Source: a phage. Taken from it: a stretch of DNA of 64,000 nt. The notes below the pieces were generated by a model. It was not told the origin of the DNA. It searched no databases and saw only the letters and a program-made list of their open reading frames with translations. A program made the position numbers and the translations under genes. Location: the NCBI GenBank assembly GCA_018175075.1, contig GCA_018175075.1_4100.1; one strand, given 5' to 3'. This document shows positions 59,579 through 64,000 of the stretch, piece after piece (the first letter of the stretch is position 1; every line of letters starts with the position of its first letter).

Positions 59579-59640
59579 TTGCATAGTACTTAGAATCAAG
59601 TATAATGTTTTACATAGAGAGGGGGAAATGGTTCTCCCTC
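59579..59640 (+). promoter_or_regulatory. mini-gene promoter + 5'UTR hairpin unit
   Basis: TTGCAT-N16-TATAATGTTTTACAT + GAGGGGGAA-ATGG-TTCTCCCTC. Confidence 0.6.
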
Positions 59641-59660
59641 CTACTTTAAGGAGTATTATC

Positions 59661-60062
59661 ATGACCTTCACTATCACTTCTTACGCTGACGTTTTAGTAC
59701 TGGCCCGGACTTTTGGTAAAGCTGGCCTTGAACACGCTGTAAGTAATGGTCATATGCACCCTGAATATTGCCGCATCATTGGAAGCTGTAAACGTTGGGC
59801 CGTGTCCCGTAACATTGAGATTGAAAACTTCAATGACGGTAACAACGAATATACAGTTGATGCAGTATTCGAATCCGTTGATCTCGGCGGTATCTATAAC
59901 ACTAACCTGAATGATGTGCGTATCGTTCGCACGGGGTTCGGTGCTTATGATGTATCTATCCGTGAAGCTATGGACAAGGGATACATTAGCAAGGACCAGT
60001 TAGCTTACATCATGCAGCAAACTAAGGAACGTAACGAAGCACGTACTATCTTAGGGCTGTAA
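59661..60062 (+). CDS. hypothetical protein
   Basis: 133 aa from MTFTITSY; promoter+hairpin+AAGGAG SD. Confidence 0.65.
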   Translation: MTFTITSYADVLVLARTFGKAGLEHAVSNGHMHPEYCRIIGSCKRWAVSRNIEIENFNDGNNEYTVDAVFESVDLGGIYNTNLNDVRIVRTGFGAYDVSIREAMDKGYISKDQLAYIMQQTKERNEARTILGL

Positions 60063-60130
60063 GCAATACACATCACCAAACATCATAGGCCGCTCTCTAG
60101 CGGCCTTAACTATATCAGGAGGGCATACAT

Positions 60131-60340
60131 ATGTTCTATACAGTATACAGCGTTCTAGGCACTATTGCAGGCGTACATGATAACGTCAATGATGCTATGC
60201 GTACAGTACTGCAACAGGTTCCACTAAAGCCTAAGACCATTAAGCAGATGACAGCACGACTAACCAGGGCGACCGATGGCGTGGAAGTATGGCAGGACTA
60301 CGGGGATACACAGATAATCGTTAGCGTAACGAAGGATTAA
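60131..60340 (+). CDS. hypothetical protein
   Basis: 69 aa; AGGAGG SD; last gene of the G+C-richer block. Confidence 0.6.
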   Translation: MFYTVYSVLGTIAGVHDNVNDAMRTVLQQVPLKPKTIKQMTARLTRATDGVEVWQDYGDTQIIVSVTKD

Positions 60341-60368
60341 TGCGTAAAGGGATCTAGTACTGATTCAG

Positions 60369-60434
60369 AAAAAAGTCAAGGCGTTTTTAAAATTATGCGT
60401 TAAAAAAATGCATAGGTAATCCCTTGACTTTTTT
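60369..60434. repeat. 13-bp inverted repeat at the block boundary
   Basis: AAAAAAGTCAAGG (60369-81) / CCTTGACTTTTTT (60422-34). Confidence 0.5.
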
Positions 60435-60531
60435 GAAATAAAAGGGATTGGACTATGGCAAAATGCGTAGGGGGCTAAAGGGCGGGTAACCTTAGCGACT
60501 TCGATAAAGGGGTATTACGAATAAAATGTTA

Positions 60532-60559
60532 TTGACTTTTTATATGAATCGTATAAAAT
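60532..60559 (+). promoter_or_regulatory. sigma70-type promoter of the GTNYQ array
   Basis: TTGACT-N16-TAAAAT, about 30 nt upstream of 60590. Confidence 0.45.
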
Positions 60560-60589
60560 ATGATTGATATTAATTTTAAGGGAGTCCCT

Positions 60590-60787
60590 ATGCGTATTTT
60601 AACTAAAGAACAGCACCACGAAAGACTTATCAATAACATGGCTATGATAATGTATAAGTCCCATGACCGTGGTATTGCCTATAAGCGTGAATTAATTATG
60701 GCACTATTCATTGGAACTAACTTTCAGGAAAGGTATGTCAACGATTGGATTTGGTATTTAATTGAAGATATAACGAGTAAACTATGA
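60590..60787 (+). CDS. small protein, GTNYQ tandem family
   Basis: MRILTKEQHHERL...FIGTNFQERYV...ITSKL; promoter at 60532. Confidence 0.65.
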   Translation: MRILTKEQHHERLINNMAMIMYKSHDRGIAYKRELIMALFIGTNFQERYVNDWIWYLIEDITSKL

Positions 60788-60984
60788 AAATGCGTATTTT
60801 AAATAAAGAAGAATATCAATCACTGTTACGTAAAAACTACGTAAAGATTTACAACACAGACACACATGTAGAACGAATGGAGTTATACCTTTTGATTACA
60901 TTGGGAACAAACTATCAGGGTAGATGGGTGTGGCAATATATGGATACATTGAAAAATAAAATATTGTCCACGAGGAAACAATGA
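60784..60984 (+). CDS. small protein, GTNYQ tandem family
   Basis: MKMRILNKEEYQSLL...TLGTNYQGRWV; ATGA coupling. Confidence 0.65.
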   Translation: MKMRILNKEEYQSLLRKNYVKIYNTDTHVERMELYLLITLGTNYQGRWVWQYMDTLKNKILSTRKQ

Positions 60985-61190
60985 AAACTATAACACGAAC
61001 CCAATCATACGGTCTTATCTTGAAATACATGGACTTAATGGTGGATATCAGCAAAGACCTGCCTAAAACTGAAATTGAAGTTGCAAGAGCAGAGATCCGC
61101 ATGTTGGCTGTACTGAACACAAACCATCAGGAAGAGTATGTTCAAGATTGGATTCGATTTTTAATAGAAGATATTAAGAGTAAACTATGA
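60981..61190 (+). CDS. small protein, GTNYQ tandem family
   Basis: ...IRMLAVLNTNHQEEYV...IKSKL. Confidence 0.65.
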   Translation: MKTITRTQSYGLILKYMDLMVDISKDLPKTEIEVARAEIRMLAVLNTNHQEEYVQDWIRFLIEDIKSKL

Positions 61191-61399
61191 TTATATTAAC
61201 ACCTGAAGAATATAAGAAACGTTTTAAATCTGTCCAGGCTGAAATATTACTTATATACCTTTCAAATGCAGATCTTAACTTATCAAGGGTAATGGAGAAG
61301 GATTTACTTATGGGTGCATTTTTGGATACAGACTTTCAGGAGTATTATGTAGGAGAATACTTTATTGCACTTCAGAACCACATTAAGAGTAAACTATGA
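61187..61399 (+). CDS. small protein, GTNYQ tandem family
   Basis: MIILTPEEYKKRF...FLDTDFQEYYV...IKSKL. Confidence 0.65.
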   Translation: MIILTPEEYKKRFKSVQAEILLIYLSNADLNLSRVMEKDLLMGAFLDTDFQEYYVGEYFIALQNHIKSKL

Positions 61400-61611
61400 T
61401 TATTCTAGAAAAATCATATCAATATACTGAACGCATCGCTGCCAGACAACTTGAAATCCTCATAATATACGAAGAGACTTCTGATTTAAACTTAGCCGAG
61501 GTATTGGAAAATGAAATACTTTTGGGTGCATTCTTGGGAACAGACTATCAGGAGTATTATGAGGAAAAGTATTTGTCATCTCTTGAGAAATACGTCAGGA
61601 GCAAACTATGA
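61396..61611 (+). CDS. small protein, GTNYQ tandem family
   Basis: MIILEKSYQYTERI...FLGTDYQEYYE...VRSKL. Confidence 0.65.
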   Translation: MIILEKSYQYTERIAARQLEILIIYEETSDLNLAEVLENEILLGAFLGTDYQEYYEEKYLSSLEKYVRSKL

Positions 61612-61835
61612 AACATTTAAGTAATATAGAGAAGAATAAAATTATCATTGCTGTAATAAACAAATATTTTACACTTCCACAAAAAGAATGTTTATCTATA
61701 AGGGAACACAGGATAAACACCACCGAGATTCGCATGTTGGCTGTACTGGGGACTAACTTCCAAGAAGGCTATGTTCATGAGCACATCGTTGCACTCACTA
61801 ATTACATAATGGACAAATGTAATGAACATCATTAA
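61608..61835 (+). CDS. small protein, GTNYQ tandem family
   Basis: ...IRMLAVLGTNFQEGYV. Confidence 0.65.
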   Translation: MKHLSNIEKNKIIIAVINKYFTLPQKECLSIREHRINTTEIRMLAVLGTNFQEGYVHEHIVALTNYIMDKCNEHH

Positions 61836-62046
61836 TAACTTTGAATACGAGGCCCGTGCTAAGAGTGCCAGAAAAAAAGAGAACACCATTTACTTCACTA
61901 TGATGTACTTACAATGGACTGAAATTGAAGAAAAGGTTGCTGAAGTATGGATGTTGGAATTCATGGGGACGCAGTATCAGAATAGGTTTGCGGGTGAGTA
62001 TATCAATGTTCTTATGAAACAAATAGAAAGAAAGGAAAAGAACTAA
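61822..62046 (+). CDS. small protein, GTNYQ tandem family
   Basis: ...MLEFMGTQYQNRFA. Confidence 0.6.
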   Translation: MNIINNFEYEARAKSARKKENTIYFTMMYLQWTEIEEKVAEVWMLEFMGTQYQNRFAGEYINVLMKQIERKEKN

Positions 62047-62204
62047 TGGTTTTCATTAACATATCTGACCAACTCGATACTAAACTAGAAGTCGAGCAGA
62101 GTGAGGGATGGATGTTGTACTTTCTTGGAACTTCTCATCAGAATTTTTATATCCATGAACACATAGTTGCACTCACAAATCTAATAAGGGATAAATGTAA
62201 ATGA
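62046..62204 (+). CDS. small protein, GTNYQ family, N-terminally truncated member
   Basis: 52 aa, below track cutoff: ...MLYFLGTSHQNFYIHEHIVALTNLI. Confidence 0.45.
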   Translation: MVFINISDQLDTKLEVEQSEGWMLYFLGTSHQNFYIHEHIVALTNLIRDKCK

Positions 62205-62458
62205 AACACTTGACGAACGATGAATATTCACTTAGAATTCGAAAGCTCACCCCAGAAGCAAGAGTAATCTACGATGACGATGCACTTTCATGGAACGAGA
62301 TGAAAGTTAAAGTTCATGAGCTATGGTTGCTGTACTTTGTGGGAACCCAATATCAAGAGAAATATTGTACCGATTATCTTGAACAACTAATGGATCTTAT
62401 ACAGATAAAACTAAATGAACGAATTGTGGAAAAATATGAAAACTTTATCAAGCTCTGA
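62201..62458 (+). CDS. small protein, GTNYQ tandem family
   Basis: MKHLTNDEYSLRI...LLYFVGTQYQEKYC. Confidence 0.65.
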   Translation: MKHLTNDEYSLRIRKLTPEARVIYDDDALSWNEMKVKVHELWLLYFVGTQYQEKYCTDYLEQLMDLIQIKLNERIVEKYENFIKL

Positions 62459-62687
62459 GTATCAAGCCGCCCTCTTCTCTATTCTTAACACCCTTAGAAA
62501 AAACTATGCATTACATGGTGCACCTGAATTGGATGTTATCAACGGTGATGTTTATCTTATGAAATTCATTGGAACAAACTATCAAGAACTGTTCATTCTA
62601 CGATACCTATCAGCATTAAGAAACCAAATCCAATATAAAACCGTCAAGGCCAAAAAAGAATGGAATAAACAATGCGACAAAGACTAA
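62436..62687 (+). CDS. small protein, GTNYQ tandem family
   Basis: MKTLSSSEYQAAL...MKFIGTNYQELFI. Confidence 0.6.
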   Translation: MKTLSSSEYQAALFSILNTLRKNYALHGAPELDVINGDVYLMKFIGTNYQELFILRYLSALRNQIQYKTVKAKKEWNKQCDKD

Positions 62688-62923
62688 ATCACAAAATGTA
62701 TTGTAAACTATTGCAGACACTGGCACAGAAACACTATGACACTGTATCTGAAATATTACCCTATGATATCATGCGTTTAATTCATAGTGAGGCAGAGATG
62801 CTTGTACTGATGACAGGCACTGATAAAAAAGCAATTGCCAAATCAATAGATATGTTCATCGAAGCACAATGTCAACACATTAGAACCGAGATATGGAGAC
62901 GAGAGAATGATAACACTAAATGA
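62672..62923 (+). CDS. small protein, GTNYQ family (diverged)
   Basis: ...EMLVLMTGTDKKAIA; same size and position. Confidence 0.55.
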   Translation: MRQRLNHKMYCKLLQTLAQKHYDTVSEILPYDIMRLIHSEAEMLVLMTGTDKKAIAKSIDMFIEAQCQHIRTEIWRRENDNTK

Positions 62924-63122
62924 GTTTCAGTATCATTGGAGGTTACAAGCTATAAGAAGGAAAGTTGTTAGTATTTCTTTAGACAAGTCTATTGCACAAG
63001 AGGACAAATGTGTTATAATAGCTGAAATGAAGTTGGGTGCTTTCGTAGGAACAAACTATCAAAACATCTACACTGACGTATTGTTAAGTGCCTTACGTAA
63101 CAAGGTGATATCTAAAGAATGA
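62907..63122 (+). CDS. small protein, GTNYQ tandem family
   Basis: MITLNEFQYHWRL...LGAFVGTNYQNIYT. Confidence 0.65.
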   Translation: MITLNEFQYHWRLQAIRRKVVSISLDKSIAQEDKCVIIAEMKLGAFVGTNYQNIYTDVLLSALRNKVISKE

Positions 63123-63337
63123 GAAAATTACAAGGCTTTGAATACATCAGACTCCTGAAAACATGTGCCAACAGAAGAGTAAAGATTCAATCTGATAAGA
63201 GCATCCCTGCCAACCTAAAACATGCAATGGTAGCTGAACTCTATGCAGGGGCACTCATAGGGACAAACTATCAACAAATGTATATAGACATGTGGGTTGA
63301 TGCATTAGTCAAGGTGACCCAAAGTAAATGCAAATGA
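63119..63337 (+). CDS. small protein, GTNYQ tandem family
   Basis: ...YAGALIGTNYQQMYI. Confidence 0.65.
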   Translation: MRKLQGFEYIRLLKTCANRRVKIQSDKSIPANLKHAMVAELYAGALIGTNYQQMYIDMWVDALVKVTQSKCK

Positions 63338-63546
63338 TTAATTTAAGTAAAGATGAATATTATGAACGTCTTGCAAAAACTTATCCAGCACGTAACGCCG
63401 TTTATAATAGTAACATTATTGAACGCTCAAAGAAGTTGATTGTAGTAAATGAGATTAAGATGCTTTCAGTCTTAGGAACAAACTATCAAGAGAATGCTGT
63501 ACTGTTGTTAATTGATGCCCTCCAGAGAGAGATACAAAGTAAATGA
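63328..63546 (+). CDS. small protein, GTNYQ tandem family
   Basis: MQMINLSKDEYYERL...MLSVLGTNYQENAV. Confidence 0.65.
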   Translation: MQMINLSKDEYYERLAKTYPARNAVYNSNIIERSKKLIVVNEIKMLSVLGTNYQENAVLLLIDALQREIQSK

Positions 63547-63791
63547 TTCATTTATCTTACCATGATTATCAAAAACGTTTAAATGCATCAAGGGATATAA
63601 GGATTCAAATCTTCAATAACAAAAAATTGAAACCTGACACCAGAAGAATCAAAATGATAGAAGCAGAGTTATGCAACTTCCTGGGGACGAACTATCAGGC
63701 AGGTAAGGTAAAAAACTATCTTAGAGAACTAATGATTTGTATCGAAAATAAATGTGAGGTTGATGAACATGCAAATGATCAATTTAAGTAA
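63543..63791 (+). CDS. small protein, GTNYQ tandem family
   Basis: ...ELCNFLGTNYQAGKV. Confidence 0.65.
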   Translation: MIHLSYHDYQKRLNASRDIRIQIFNNKKLKPDTRRIKMIEAELCNFLGTNYQAGKVKNYLRELMICIENKCEVDEHANDQFK

Positions 63792-64000
63792 AGATGAATA
63801 TACCGAGCGTATGACAAAAATTACGCACAAACGTAATACAATCTATCACAACCCAGAAATCCAACACAGTAAGAAAATGATTATGATGCGTGAGTTAAAG
63901 ATGGGTGTATTCTTAGGAACAAACTATCAAGATACAGAAGTAAATCGCTTAATCGCGGAGTTACTACTGGAAATCAAAGGTAAGCTGTACTTTCATCAAA
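63769..64000 (+). CDS. small protein, GTNYQ tandem family (3' end outside window)
   Basis: MQMINLSKDEYTERM...MGVFLGTNYQDTEV; open to window edge. Confidence 0.6.
   Translation, partial: MQMINLSKDEYTERMTKITHKRNTIYHNPEIQHSKKMIMMRELKMGVFLGTNYQDTEVNRLIAELLLEIKGKLYFHQ

Noticed and set aside
40686-59700. Regularly spaced repeats (promoter + hairpin units) as a possible CRISPR array
   Set aside because: The repeats are variable in sequence and 60-90 bp long. The 'spacers' are 150-600-bp protein-coding genes with SD sites. There is no leader or cas context.
38766-60400. Calling the G+C-richer block a mobile element or prophage-in-phage
   Set aside because: There is no integrase, transposase, terminal inverted repeat or target duplication. 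The flanking repeats are shared with the rest of the window.

Overview
AT-rich window (about one third G+C by eye) that looks like an accessory, hyperplastic region of a large virulent phage with an enterobacterial-type host. The host guess rests on sigma70-type promoters, strong SD sites and a Chi cluster. There are about 155 short, tightly packed ORFs, almost none with a recognisable function. I found no rRNA, tRNA, CRISPR array, integrase or transposase. Layout: (i) 1-20.1 kb, + strand: about 50 small genes, including secreted two-Cys proteins, an HNH homing endonuclease, a P-loop ATPase, protein-kinase-like mini ORFs and 10 paralogous membrane proteins. (ii) 20.1-34.3 kb, - strand: 12 tandem paralogs (11 RCC1-like beta-propellers and 1 glycine-rich protein), all starting MLPF(A/G/V)RMxKYGN. 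Most are separated by a conserved hairpin+promoter cassette, and two are broken by single-nucleotide frameshifts. (iii) 34.4-38.8 kb: 19 tandem 59-75 aa paralogs. (iv) 38.8-40.7 kb: an ORF-free hub of repeats, iteron-like sites and orphan promoters. (v) 40.7-60.3 kb: a visibly more G+C-rich block of about 55 mini-genes. Most have their own TTGCAA/TTGACA-N16-17-TATAAT promoter followed by a G-arm/C-arm 5'UTR hairpin. This block also holds two families of promoter-proximal structured-RNA candidates, a one-strand Chi cluster, and TraR/DksA-like and GNAT genes. (vi) 60.6-64 kb: at least 16 tandem 'GTNYQ' small paralogs running off the window. Throughout the window the palindrome AGTACT is roughly 10-fold over-represented. 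All calls come from reading the sequence and ORF track. No database search was possible.
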